From positions 448,001 through 512,000 of the forward strand of contig CAWEJX010000020.1 of assembly GCA_963809485.1 (NCBI GenBank): a DNA stretch of 64,000 nucleotides. Direction: 5' to 3'. Numbering within the stretch: the first letter of the stretch is position 1; each line of letters starts with the position of its first letter. Below, piece by piece: positions 29,282 through 40,353 of the stretch. This DNA comes from an uncultured Acidobacteriota bacterium. Its GTDB lineage: Bacteria; Acidobacteriota; UBA6911. The notes beneath the pieces were generated by a model. That model made no database searches, had not been told where the DNA came from, and saw nothing but the letters and a program-made list of their open reading frames with translations. Position numbers and translations under genes: made by a program.

Positions 29282-31366
29282 CTAATTTCGCCCTTGGGAC
29301 TCCACAGCCCGTACCGTTTTGCTGCCTATAAAAGGAATGTCGTGGTGAAAATTGCCCGTTATGTCAAGCTTGACCGAACGGGTCGCTGATGTATTGCCCA
29401 GCGCTTGTCTCTGGAAGTCTGCTACAAGAGCATTGTGACTCAGGCGCGTGCTCACCGCGCGGAATCCGTTACACATCAAGGCGCCAACATCAATATCTTC
29501 TGCCCCGTATCCTTTGCCCAGATCAGAAGGTGGTGTAATAATGACGCTGAATTCTTCCTTGCCTTTTGGGTCTAATGTTTCAGACTGAACTTCAACCTCG
29601 ACGTTAATAGGATCGGAGGTGATAGGCAGAGAAATGCTGGAAGCATGATCCGCATCGCGGTAAATGCTGACCTTTGCATCCGCGGGATCGAGGAATCCGA
29701 ATCCGGGATAGGCGTTGACAATCGCCAGCCTGATTCGGTGGCCAGCTTTCACAACATAGGAGACTGGCAAAGGATCAAAGACAAGCTTCACCGGTTGGTT
29801 CGACGGCAAGGGAGCGGCTTCTGATTCCAGGTTGGCCCGCCATGGAAGACCCAGATTATCGAAGAAGGGATCGCTCAGCGCTCTATGCGATCCTCTCAAC
29901 TGGAACTTTGTAATGACCACGGGCTTGCCCGTTCCGTCGATGTCTTCAAAGAAGGCAAAGAAATCCTGGTCCGCAGCGGAAGAAGACACCCACAGGTCGG
30001 CCTTCACATAGCCGACCAGTTCCATGTCGGACGCTAACGGCTCCGTGGTGTAGGTAATACCCTGGGCGTCCCGCGTGGCTTCGGTAATTGTGTAATTTGC
30101 CGCGTAGGTGTCTTTCGCCGACGGATTCCTTGGGGCAAACGGAGTCAGAATGCCGTCATTCACGCCGGAATTCGCGCTGCCTGACGGCCCTTGTTCCAGA
30201 TAATAGATCATTCGCTTCTCATTCGGCAAAGGCCACTTCCAGGAGAATCTCCAGGACCGGTCTGCTTTCGCGTTTATCGTACTAAAGTAGATGGAAGGCT
30301 CATCCATAATGCCGTTATTAATATTCTTCAGCCAGTAGTCGAACCAGCGACGCTCTTCCGCAAGAATATTAAAGCTCCCGAATCCGCAGTGCCCGAGCGG
30401 CCCCACGCTTGTTTTCAGGACGCTTTTTACATTGGCGCGATATAGGAAGGCATCGCGCATGACTTTTGTAAGCAGATCATTCCAACTTGCCCACTGATAA
30501 GTGGGAATGCCGGCTTCCTGGATGTCCTTGAGGTAAGTTGCGGGACTGGATTCCTCCCATGCTTTGCTATTTGTAATTGGAGAGCGGCTATCCCTGAAGC
30601 GGAGTGGATGGAATATGGCATGATCCGACTGGCCCTTTTTGTGTTGTTCAACCGCTTCATCGCGCATGGCGCCAGTAGGATCTTCATCGACCGGTGCGGA
30701 GGTCTTTTCGCGTTCGTACGAGCTTCCGGAGCGGAACGTGCCTGGAATGCCGCCCTGGGATTTTCCAAAGTAATAATCAAAGCTGTAACATTGGGGGAAG
30801 ATCGCCTTGAGATGCGGCGGTTTCATCCCTGCTGCGAGCCATTCTATTTGTCCGCTGTGAGAACACCCCATCATGCCGACTTTTCCATTGCTCCAGGGCT
30901 GAGTCCCGAGCCATTCCGTCAGGTCATACGCGTCCTGCGCTTCAATGCGGGCATAGCTTCCAATCATGGCTCCAAAGGAAGCTCCACAGCCTCTGGCATC
31001 GGCGAATGCAACAACGTATCCGTGCTTCACAAGCTCGGCATAATTGTCAACCGCATGCACTCCGCCAATTGCCCTGCCTCCCCAGTTGTACGTCCAGAGC
31101 ACCGGATACGGAGTGCTTACGGCGATCCTGTCCTTCGCAGGCCTCAATATATCGACCGCCAATTTCGTGCCGTCCCTCATGGAGACATACCGGGAAGTGC
31201 GGACGGTTTCGGAGTAAATCATCGTAGAATATCCGCTGTATTCACCGGGTCTGGAAACCTGCGCCATGGCTGGATCTGAAGCGCAAATCAACAACCACAT
31301 GACAATCAAAATGGCCATCCTTGACCTCAATTCCGATATTGTTTTGCCTGAGAAATCCGATCTCAT
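29282..31366 (-). CDS. CocE/NonD family hydrolase (secreted)
   Basis: MRDGTKLAVD, GYVVAFADARGCGASFG, QPWSNGKVGMMGCS, and a PepX-type C-terminal domain (GHRIRLAI). Confidence 0.88.
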   Translation of the reverse strand: MRSDFSGKTISELRSRMAILIVMWLLICASDPAMAQVSRPGEYSGYSTMIYSETVRTSRYVSMRDGTKLAVDILRPAKDRIAVSTPYPVLWTYNWGGRAIGGVHAVDNYAELVKHGYVVAFADARGCGASFGAMIGSYARIEAQDAYDLTEWLGTQPWSNGKVGMMGCSHSGQIEWLAAGMKPPHLKAIFPQCYSFDYYFGKSQGGIPGTFRSGSSYEREKTSAPVDEDPTGAMRDEAVEQHKKGQSDHAIFHPLRFRDSRSPITNSKAWEESSPATYLKDIQEAGIPTYQWASWNDLLTKVMRDAFLYRANVKSVLKTSVGPLGHCGFGSFNILAEERRWFDYWLKNINNGIMDEPSIYFSTINAKADRSWRFSWKWPLPNEKRMIYYLEQGPSGSANSGVNDGILTPFAPRNPSAKDTYAANYTITEATRDAQGITYTTEPLASDMELVGYVKADLWVSSSAADQDFFAFFEDIDGTGKPVVITKFQLRGSHRALSDPFFDNLGLPWRANLESEAAPLPSNQPVKLVFDPLPVSYVVKAGHRIRLAIVNAYPGFGFLDPADAKVSIYRDADHASSISLPITSDPINVEVEVQSETLDPKGKEEFSVIITPPSDLGKGYGAEDIDVGALMCNGFRAVSTRLSHNALVADFQRQALGNTSATRSVKLDITGNFHHDIPFIGSKTVRAVESQGRN

Positions 31367-31599
31367 CGGGCCTCAAGCCCCTAAGGTGTAGGGTCATAAT
31401 CCCGCCTGGCTATGAATCCGATACATCCGGTCATCCAAAAACACTGACTGCAAAATGCAATTAAAATACATATAAAATGCAAATGTAATACATTTTAATA
31501 CGGATTGACGAAGAGACGCCGAACTGTTGTATCCGGCAGTGCGATTGCCGTTTGCTAGGCGCCTGCAATGAAATAATGCCCAGAGACCAGGAGGCATCC

Positions 31600-33042
31600 A
31601 TGTATCGAATCAGTGGAATTGCTCACATCTGCGTTGTGCTGTCCCTTTGTGCCATACATGCGGCCAACGCGCAGAATAATCCAAAAGGCCCGGCCATGCC
31701 TGAGGCAAAACAGAATACATTCGGACTCGGTTCCGGCGGCGGCCCGACACCGCGCAGGCAAGCGGCCTCCCAGGCGGCTACACGGGCGGTAGCATTATGC
31801 AGCGGCTTGTGGGACGGTGGCCGGAGCCTTGAACAGATCAACGCCGATAACGGCGGGCTCGGCGGCACGGAATCGATGAAAACACATATCGATTCCGTGC
31901 GCAAAATCGTCTCCATCGAGTACTCCAGTCTTATGCCGCCGCGTATCGTGGCCTGGCGTCCGGTGCTCGGTTGCGTTCAGTTGCCGATCGGCGCAACCGA
32001 GGCGGCACTGAAGTATGTGCCGCAGGTGGCCGCGAACGTGGTGCGCCCCGATTTTGATGCGCATGATTGGCCTCTGGGCGATCAAAAAGCGGCCAGCCTT
32101 CTGCCGGGAGAAAAGCAGAAAGCGCTTGATGCAATTGTCGAATCCGGCTTTGACGGCAGTACCTATGGGGGGCGAACCTGGGGCATCATCGTTGTGAAAG
32201 ACGGCAAGATCGTTTCAGAACGCTATTCCATGGGCTTCGACATGCACCAGGGCGCGCAGACGCATTCGGCGGCAAAAAGCTTCGCGGCCTCTCTGGCTGG
32301 CATTGCCACGTGGAAATACGGGCTGGACCTGGATCTTCCCGGCGCGCTTGCCGAGTGGCGCAAAGACGGCGATCCGCGGGGAACGATCACGGCGCGTCAC
32401 TTGCTTCACATGTCGAGCGGCTTGTACGGCGAAGGCAACGGCAGTCCGCAATCGGATATCTACGCCGGAGGTGCTACTGTAGCGGACCGTGCGGTGACGA
32501 ACATGCTCGATACGCTGCCGGGCACGCGTTTCCTATATAATCCGCCCGATACAATGCTCCTGATTCGGGCCGTACGCGAAGCGGTTAGAGACGACCGGAC
32601 TTTCTGGGCGATGCCGTTTCAGCAGCTATTCTGGAAAATTGGCATGACGCGCACTACGCCGGCCAGTGATTGGAACGGCGACTTCCTGATGTCGGGCCAG
32701 ACCTATTCTACTGCAAGGGACTTTGCGCGCTTCGGGCTGCTGTATTTAAATAACGGCGTATGGAACGGCGAACGCATTTTGCCTGAAGGCTGGACCCAAT
32801 TGGTTTCCACTCCGGGCCCCGTTCAACCTGAAGGCAACGGCGCGCGATACGGCGGCCAGTTCTGGCTGTACGGCGGCATTGATGGACTGCCCGCCGACGC
32901 GTATTCGCCGAGCGGCGGCCAGGGTCAGTATGCGATGATCATTCCGTCGCACAGGGTTGTGATAGTGCGGCGCGGTTTTGATTCGGGAGCAGGATTTGGA
33001 ATCGCAAAGTTCTGCGCCGCTGTGCTTGCAGTAATCGATTAG
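31600..33042 (+). CDS. Secreted serine hydrolase, beta-lactamase (class C/NylB-like) fold
   Basis: SAAK (SxxK), ITARHLLHMSSGL, FLYN, ARDFARFGLLYL and GQY motifs. Confidence 0.85.
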   Translation: MYRISGIAHICVVLSLCAIHAANAQNNPKGPAMPEAKQNTFGLGSGGGPTPRRQAASQAATRAVALCSGLWDGGRSLEQINADNGGLGGTESMKTHIDSVRKIVSIEYSSLMPPRIVAWRPVLGCVQLPIGATEAALKYVPQVAANVVRPDFDAHDWPLGDQKAASLLPGEKQKALDAIVESGFDGSTYGGRTWGIIVVKDGKIVSERYSMGFDMHQGAQTHSAAKSFAASLAGIATWKYGLDLDLPGALAEWRKDGDPRGTITARHLLHMSSGLYGEGNGSPQSDIYAGGATVADRAVTNMLDTLPGTRFLYNPPDTMLLIRAVREAVRDDRTFWAMPFQQLFWKIGMTRTTPASDWNGDFLMSGQTYSTARDFARFGLLYLNNGVWNGERILPEGWTQLVSTPGPVQPEGNGARYGGQFWLYGGIDGLPADAYSPSGGQGQYAMIIPSHRVVIVRRGFDSGAGFGIAKFCAAVLAVID

Positions 33043-33124
33043 GCCCCGACCAGGCCCTTCGTGTTTGCCTGATACTGAGGCAACTGCAGATCTTGCCTCC
33101 GGAGGTCGGGATTTCTTAAACACT

Positions 33125-34174
33125 CTACCGAGGCAATTTCACCACACGGTCGCCCTGGAAAGAACCCACATAGAAAGCATCGCCGGCGTCTATGGCGACG
33201 GAGACCCCGTTGATCAGGGCTTTGCCGTTGTTGTCATACAGAATCCGGTGCTCCAGGGTTTCCGGATCCACCTCTGCCAGCATAAAGCCTTGGAGACAGG
33301 GATGCTGGGAATCCTTGGGGCAGTTGCCGCTTACGCCCTTGATGCCCGCAGCCAGAATTTTTCCGTCCCGTTTCCAGGTAAGGTTATCCGGCATGAAAGG
33401 CAGTTCGCATTTTGCGATCTCCTTTTTGGCCTTCAGATCGTACTTGTGCAGGTCGCGGGTAACCCAGCCGCTGATGTAGGCATAGCGGCCGTTCTCGGAA
33501 ATCACAACTCCATTTGGATATCCGTACTCCGATCCGGGGAGCACACGCTCCCCATTCTCTTTAGTCCAGATTGCAACATTCCCGGAAGGCTCGCCCGCAA
33601 AAGGATTCCGCCCTTCCTTTTGAATGGCCTGCGGCCGCGTGGCGACGAAACTCCCGTCGGGCAGAGAGGCGACATCATTGTAAGGCTTGCTCGCAAGCAC
33701 GCATCCGCGCCATACTAGTTTCCATTTCCCGCCTTCCGGCAGCAATTCATACATTTCCATCGATTCGCGTATACTGTGATTGACGGCATACAACTGCCAT
33801 TCGCCGCTTGTTCGTTTTGAGAGCGACAACCCGTGAGGCTGGATCCGTCCGCCGATGGATTGCGTGCAGGCGTCTTCACCCCAATCCGGTTTCTTTTCGG
33901 CCGATAGAGGGATTGGGACAAAGGTCCGCGCGGCAGGATCAAACAGATCCAGGCCTTTGTTTTCGTCCCGCCCCATTTTAGCCACGATTAAAAACCTGCC
34001 GTCCGGGGTAGGCTCAAAATCTTCCGGTGCAATCGTGCCGCAGATGACCTCGGCATCGCCGTGCCGGCCGCAGTCAAGCAGCTGAGGATTGAACGCTCCG
34101 GGCTGTGCGTCGGCTGAGGATCGCAGCAACAACAGGCCTAGGAATAGGAACAGCGCGTATCGAAAATGTTTCAT
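33125..34174 (-). CDS. SMP-30/gluconolactonase/paraoxonase-like beta-propeller
   Basis: Signal peptide, PED, PHGLSL, AVNH, YND, YPNGV and MPDNL motifs. Confidence 0.82.
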   Translation of the reverse strand: MKHFRYALFLFLGLLLLRSSADAQPGAFNPQLLDCGRHGDAEVICGTIAPEDFEPTPDGRFLIVAKMGRDENKGLDLFDPAARTFVPIPLSAEKKPDWGEDACTQSIGGRIQPHGLSLSKRTSGEWQLYAVNHSIRESMEMYELLPEGGKWKLVWRGCVLASKPYNDVASLPDGSFVATRPQAIQKEGRNPFAGEPSGNVAIWTKENGERVLPGSEYGYPNGVVISENGRYAYISGWVTRDLHKYDLKAKKEIAKCELPFMPDNLTWKRDGKILAAGIKGVSGNCPKDSQHPCLQGFMLAEVDPETLEHRILYDNNGKALINGVSVAIDAGDAFYVGSFQGDRVVKLPR

Positions 34175-34211
34175 GGGCACCCCCTGTTCATCATTCATTA
34201 CAGTGATTCCG

Positions 34212-34547
34212 TCAATTGTGTTTCTTCAGATATTGCCGGATCAGAAACTTCATCACGTCGTCGTGGCCTTTGTTGCCGGAATACGCCCGATCGCGGAAAA
34301 GCATTCTATGAGGGTCCTCTTGCGTAAACGGCTTACATAAATGCATGTCGGAACCGTCGGCATCCCTGCCGTTCGGATCGCCGGCACGGATAAAGCTGGC
34401 CCAGCAATTGCACATCATCCGGGCAAGATCAAAGTGTTTCCCGACGAAGGGACGCCAGCATTTTGCCAGCGTTTCGAAGAAGACCCATAGATCTACGGAA
34501 TGGAAGGCGCCTGGATTGTCCCGGCCGGGAATCTCGGCATTGAACAC
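34212..34547 (-). pseudogene. Type-B carboxylesterase C-terminal remnant
   Basis: GAFHSVDLW (catalytic His) and WASFIRAGDPNG. The N-terminal three quarters are missing. Confidence 0.7.
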
Positions 34548-35133
34548 CCAATAACACCTGAATTATGCACCGAAAATGCACTTTTGAACAGTGCCGCATC
34601 ATCTCTACCCACATATAATTATTCGAATAACTGAATGACGTGGACTGTAAACCATTTGTAATTTTGTACTTCCAATCGGCGCATAAAAAATTATGCATGA
34701 GAATGGATGCGTTTGAGATTTCGTATTCATGCGAGTGCGCCCTCCACGACCGGAGCGAAGGTGTCTCCTCGCTGCTTTATTGCTTTCAATCGTTCCAGCA
34801 GTCGGCTAAACACATTTTGTTCTTCAAGATTTTGTCATCGCCTGCCAACCACTTTACAGCTGTTTTAGTGCCCTATCCAAGCTTCAAATGTGAAATTTTG
34901 CCATGAAAAGGCAGGATCGATATAGAAACTTGCCGGCCGTCGCGCACCCGCTGGCGAGCGCCCCCGAAATATCGTGGGACGATTCGGGGTTTCCTGATAT
35001 ATTCGGCACAGCGGTCAGCTCCAGCATCCAGGTTCCTGGCTGTACAGATACGCAGGTACGGTGACGTGTCGTCAACTCGCACCATGCCGGTGATGGCGTT
35101 TGCGTACGGCTTGGGGATGGACAAGCACGAGAT

Positions 35134-35710
35134 ATGAAAACGACCCTGGACATCTCGATTCTGGCCCTTAACATCGGGATGATGACAGTCGTCGGCATGG
35201 CGCTCGGCGTGCTCCTCGGCGTGCTTCCGATCCCGATCCCCGGGTTGGGGCCCCTCAGTCTCGGCGTCGCGGGCGGGCCGCTCGTCGTGGGGCTCGTCCT
35301 CGGCCGGTTTGGCCGTACCGGGGGGTGGGTTTGGACCATGCCGCTCTCGGCGAACATCATCCTGCGCAATTTCGGCCTCACGGTGTTCCTCGCTCAGGTC
35401 GGCATGACTTCGGGACCGAAGTTCCTCGAGACGGTGGCGCAGACGGGCCCGATCTTCCTCGGATTGGGCGCAGCCATCGTGCTCGTCGCGGTGCTCTTCA
35501 ACCTGCTCGTCGGACACTTTTTCTTCAGACTGAATTTCGACGAACTCCTCGGTGCCACCTGTGGCGTGGCCGCCAATCGGGCCATAGATGGTCTTCGCTT
35601 CGAAGCTCACGGCGAGCGACCGCACCGACGTCGTGTATGCGATGACGTTCCCGACCGGCACCATCATGAAGATCCTGCTTCTTCAGGTGATGCTGGCGAT
35701 GATGGGATAG
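35134..35710 (+). pseudogene. AspT/YidE/YbjL antiporter C-terminal remnant, frameshifted
   Basis: SLGVAGGPLVVGLVLGRFGRTG and LRNFGLTVFLAQVG, continuing in another frame as YAMTFPTGTIMKILLLQ to TAG at 35710. Confidence 0.75.
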
Positions 35711-35902
35711 CCATGAGCAACAAGTCCGACCATTCTGCCGAGGAAGCCCTCCAATGCGGATCGCCGGCAACGAACGGTTTCTGCGGTGCTAATTTTGTCT
35801 CGCAGAACTGCCCATGAGACCCTGGCCAAGTTGGCTTGCGGGCAGCGGCCGAAGGCCGGTAAAATCAGGGACGTTCCTGATTTCGTAGGGAAAGTGAGTT
35901 TT

Positions 35903-36978
35903 ATGCGTCTGGTTAGGTTTTTTCTGCTGACGTTTCTGACCGTTATTGTTACGTCCCCCTGTGATGGCGGCAGAAGCGCCTTCGGGATCCGGAGACAGTG
36001 GAGAAAAGAAGCCCGTTATCTCATTTGTAGAGATCCAGACTGCCAAAATATCCACGCGCTATAGCTATGTGGAAAGCGACCGCGGTGTCACGATAACGAA
36101 TCAGCAGCAGCATAAGGAAGCATTTAACATCAGATTTCTCTTTGACGGTAAGGGGAATTACTCGCTCAACGCGATGGCTGGATCGGGCACAGGTTTCACC
36201 TCAAGTTGGGATAACCTGGGGATTGGAAGCGATGCGAGCTCCCACCTCAATTTTCGCGAGCTATTTCTATCGCTGAAACCATGGAGTGGATTAGAGCTTC
36301 AGTATGGCGGTATCAGTCCTGCGCGCGGAGTCGCGACCGAAATCACAACCTATGATAACGACGCCTTCATCCTGGGCGCCCGCATTTCGCTCAAAAGGCC
36401 GAAAGATCTCTTCTTCGACGAAATCGCCGGCACTCTTGCATACCTGGGCGATCTCAATGAACCGGATGTTTTTCACCGGTTCGATCGATTTGACCAGGCT
36501 CAATTATCACCAGATACTTGTCTCGAAAAAGATCGGGAAGCGGGCCGTAGTCAGCGCAGATTACACGTCTCAATGGGGCATTGCGACTTTGCGCCAGGCA
36601 GTGCAGGTGACGCTTCCCGAACTCAGGCTGGTGGATTCCATACGCTTCGAAAATTACCAGCGGGTTGAAGGGAATGAAGCATTCGGCTTTGCGGTCCAGG
36701 GAGACAAAAAAATCCGCCGGTGGCTTACCCTGGGGGGAGGTTTTGCCGATATCGACGAGTTCTATGGCGGCTTGAACGCGGATCGCTTCGACAGAGGGAA
36801 ACGCGTCTTTGCTCTCGCAAAGATTGATTTGATTCACTCATTAAGCGCCGAAGCTTTCATCCAGCAAGCGGTTGGCAACGACTTTCCAATTTCCAATGAC
36901 GTTCGCCTGGATTTGGTGCTGACCTATGACCTTCTGCCCGCTTTCCGCCACTTAGGACTTTTTCGAATCCCCAAATGA
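35903..36978 (+). pseudogene. Putative outer-membrane beta-barrel protein, two frameshifts
   Basis: Signal peptide (MRLVRFFLL...), then ORFs 35946-36668 and 36304-36978 give a continuous alternating beta pattern. Confidence 0.6.
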
Positions 36979-37664
36979 GATTGTGAGAATGATTCCGCGA
37001 TACATTATAAGCATTTCTATCCTGTAGGCTAAATGCAAAGCGGAGAAGTTGGCGAGCGGAATAAGGGAATTAACAGAAGAGTGGCAGAATCCGAATGCTC
37101 GTCCAGATACCCGGGATGAGAACTTAAACAATCCATCGATTTCGCTCCTAATGGAATTATGTGATCTCTCCAGGATGCCGATGGAGCCAGCACACCACGG
37201 TACCGATAATGTAGAGCTCCACATTAGCTGATAAGGTTAAAACGAGGCGGAGGTACTAAGGCGGCCAGCTTCTATATCAACTCAAGCGGTTCAAAAATCA
37301 CAGGCGTTGTCCGATGGTGCCAGCTGTCAATTTCCGCGCTCTTTCCCCCATCCGATTTTCACGATCTATCCCCCACCCGCTGCTGACTCGGTATCGTTTT
37401 AGCTTTTTTCAAAATTCATAGCAACCTTTCAATTTCTCCGCTGTTTTTAGGAAGCGGAAAATCTGGGATCGCGACAACATCATCTCCTCTCTTTTTTCTG
37501 TCCTATGGGTGGAATGGCTGAATTATGTCGAATGCAGGAAAAACAACTTGGTTTGCACACATTTCCGGCGATTATTATGGCTTAATCCCAGGTATTGTTT
37601 GTTACCTTTATGTTACCTTTTTGGGGTTGAGCTTTTAGGGTGGAGCTATAAGTCTTTTATTTTC

Positions 37665-37707
37665 TGGTGCGCCCGGCAAGACTCGAACTTGCGGCCTTTT
37701 GATTCGT
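37665..37707 (-). other. 3' half of tRNA-Arg(ACG), att-like scar
   Basis: Reverse complement ACGAATCAAAAGGCCGCAAGTTCGAGTCTTGCCGGGCGCACCA runs from anticodon through T-arm to CCA. The 5' half is absent. Confidence 0.8.
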
Positions 37708-37710
37708 GGG

Positions 37711-38455
37711 TGTATGTCTTCAGCGAAAATGGGAATTCGGGCGACCAAACTAAGAGACACTTTGCGCCGAAACTGATATAGCGAGTTTAGCATTGATTGC
37801 TTGCCTCCCGGCAAGTGTTTTTCCTTTTAGCTTTCTCCTTTTGCTTTGAATCGTATCCCTTCTGCCAAAATAAACATCATCCGGCGTTACGTTACCAAGG
37901 GCTTCGTGGTATCGCCGGCTGTTGTAGTATTCGATGAAACTGGCAATCTCTTGTTTAACTTCATCGGGCGATTCCCAAACGACAAGGTTGATCTGTTCCT
38001 TGCAGGAACGGTGGTATCGCTCAATCTTCCCGTTGGTCTGCGGATGGTAGGGTGAAGCCAGAATATGCCCGATTCCTTTGACTTCAAGATAACAGCCAAA
38101 CTCTCTCGAAATCAGGGCCGATCCACGATCTGTAACCAGCCGGGGCCGGTCCACTTCCGGAATGGAATGAATCCCGACCGATTCGCAGGCCTCTTCAATG
38201 ACATCGCTGAAGTCTCCAGCCGCCATAGCCGACTGCAAACGCCAGGCGAGAATACACCGACTGAAATCATCTATTACGGAAATCAGGTAATACCAACCCC
38301 AGTTCTTAACCGGCAAATACGTGGCGTCAGTTTGCCACTGTTGATTCGGCCTGCTGGTTTTCACGCGGTATTCCGGTCCTGCCGGAAAGGTCTTCTGTTG
38401 GACTTCGTGAATAAACCCTTCCCGTTTCAGAATCCGATAAACCGAAGACTCTGAA
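37711..38455 (-). mobile_element. IS481/IS3-like DDE (rve) transposase, 5'-truncated, with one terminal end
   Basis: WQTDATY, DDFSR, TDRG, HPQTNGKIERYH and YYN.RRYHEAL motifs. End sequence TGTATGTCTTCAGCG at 37711. Confidence 0.82.
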
Positions 38456-38481
38456 ATGGCAAAGCCGGCAGTATCGGTGAT

Positions 38482-38790
38482 ATGGCAGCTTGGATTTCTC
38501 CCATTAATGTCGACCCCTCAGATGGGCCTGTCGTGAGTCCGTGGGTGTTCGCGACCATGTCGGGCGACGTGACCGGCTTTGGCAGGTTGACATTCCGGTT
38601 TCATTTGAGCAACGCAGGTGACGGTGAGTCGGTCTGGCTAGAAGCTGATGGCGGCCCTCTTCATGGTCAACAGACCGTTGCATTCATAGACGACGCATCG
38701 GTCGAAGCCGTTCCTGAACCTACATCCCTCCTCCTGCTTGGCACTGGCCTTGGCATGATCTGTTTGGCTGTATGGCGCAGAGGGAGATAG
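38482..38790 (+). pseudogene. PEP-CTERM protein C-terminal remnant
   Basis: VPEPTSLLLLGTGLGMICLAVWRRGR sorting signal, no signal peptide, abuts the IS fragment. Confidence 0.7.
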
Positions 38791-38811
38791 CAGCGTTCAC
38801 TTATACAATAT

Positions 38812-39219
38812 TTGACCTTAAGCGAGCGTTGCTTTTCGGAGGTTACAGCAATAAAAAGAAAACAGGAACCTATATTGGTTCCAATAATATTGTTCCTTCT
38901 CGCTGGAGTGCCCATCGTTTCAGCTGACAGTATCCCCCGCCTGGTTTGGTATCCTGAAGATCATCCCTGGAGTATCGGAACCTATGGCTCCAGGAACCAG
39001 CTCGGGCGAGGCCGCCTGGATTATCCAACAGAAGTGTGGGGCGAATTCGAGCTGGCAGGAACGGATCAGCCAGCAGTTATTGCCTGGACATATTGGTCGT
39101 ACAGCGCTTTCCAGGCGTTCGACGGCTGCAATCCTTGGGAGCGGGGAGAACTGGAATTAAAAGGTGCTGGCACAATTTGTAGCCACGAGCCAATTGAGCT
39201 ATGCCAGTCCAATTCCTAA
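38812..39219 (+). CDS. Hypothetical exported protein fragment
   Basis: Signal-like ILVPIILFLLAGVPIVSADSI. Start codon is unclear. Confidence 0.3.
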   Translation: MTLSERCFSEVTAIKRKQEPILVPIILFLLAGVPIVSADSIPRLVWYPEDHPWSIGTYGSRNQLGRGRLDYPTEVWGEFELAGTDQPAVIAWTYWSYSAFQAFDGCNPWERGELELKGAGTICSHEPIELCQSNS

Positions 39220-40353
39220 ACCGACTTTCTTGAGCAGCCCCCTCTGTTTGAAATAGGTGAACAGGGAAGTTGCCAGCAGTCCCTCATCATGAGCAAGCTG
39301 AATGACATCGGGATCCCAGTTGTCATTGGCTTCAATGACCACTGGGCCGCCAGCGGTAAAAGCGACATCCCAGCCCAGTATGGCATTGAAAGGAAGCTGT
39401 TTCACAGCAAAGCGCAAAAGGTCTAGGCACTGAGCCCAATCGGGCACCCGGATCCCTTCTATCTGGGCACCCGTTACCGGATGTACGGAGAAACGAGCCA
39501 GCGCAGTGGTTTTCTTCGTTACAGCCGGGCCGACGATACCACTAGCGATGTCAATGGGGGCAGCAAGATTACCCAGGGATAGATTGTCTGCGGGGAAAGT
39601 TCCGGTCCCAATCCGAAGAGCAGCGGCGAGCACATGAACATCCTCTTCGAGTAAAGTGATAATTCTGGCGGTATGAAGCACGCCGGCCGAGAACCTCGCG
39701 AGTTCCGGATGAGGGGAGAGGAGTTCCTCGACGACGAACGCGCTTTCTCCTTGTTCAGGAAAGATATGCTGCAGTAGATCATTAATCCCGATGGTCCCTG
39801 AAGGCAACCGCTGCCATTCCCCATCCCCCAATTGTCGCCCGAGACTTAGAACCCCGCTGCCGCGCGCCCCCATGAGTGGCTTGAGGAATACGTTCTCAAT
39901 CTGTTCATCCCTCAACCAGGCCTTGACCTGCTCTTTGGAGCGTAGCTCATAGTGTTTCCCAAATTCGCCGACACTCGTCTGGCCAATAACCGCGTGCAGG
40001 CGGGGCACAGGGATCCCTGAACCCCTCATGAAACAGTTAAAGATAGCTTTGTTCTCCGTCAGGATGTGATAGGTAGCCGGATTTACCGCCATCCACCACC
40101 TCCACCTTTCATAATCCCCCAGGAATTCCCTTTTCTTTCGCCAGGAGAGGTTTGGGCGATACAAGCCATAGAGATAATAATCAGCGGCAGTAATACCATT
40201 TGACACCAGCAACCTCCATTGTTCTATGGTTCTATGGAATCGATTTGGGATTGCAGGGTCATCGTGATCAGAGTGCTCCCCAAGGAAGCGGATCATCACT
40301 CTAAGACACCTTAGCCAGCGCACGATCAACTTGCAAAACGCGATGAGTGCCAT
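39199..40353 (-). CDS. Sugar-transfer-associated ATP-grasp protein
   Basis: ENKAIF, FLKPLMGARGSG, TARIIT, DNLSLG, HPVTG and GWDVAFT..GPVVIEAN motifs. Confidence 0.8.
   Translation of the reverse strand: MALIAFCKLIVRWLRCLRVMIRFLGEHSDHDDPAIPNRFHRTIEQWRLLVSNGITAADYYLYGLYRPNLSWRKKREFLGDYERWRWWMAVNPATYHILTENKAIFNCFMRGSGIPVPRLHAVIGQTSVGEFGKHYELRSKEQVKAWLRDEQIENVFLKPLMGARGSGVLSLGRQLGDGEWQRLPSGTIGINDLLQHIFPEQGESAFVVEELLSPHPELARFSAGVLHTARIITLLEEDVHVLAAALRIGTGTFPADNLSLGNLAAPIDIASGIVGPAVTKKTTALARFSVHPVTGAQIEGIRVPDWAQCLDLLRFAVKQLPFNAILGWDVAFTAGGPVVIEANDNWDPDVIQLAHDEGLLATSLFTYFKQRGLLKKVGLGIGLA

Noticed and set aside
31600-33042. Antibiotic-resistance beta-lactamase
   Set aside because: Fold-level similarity only. 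It has a long N-terminal extension and lacks the KTG motif, so an esterase/amidase is more likely.
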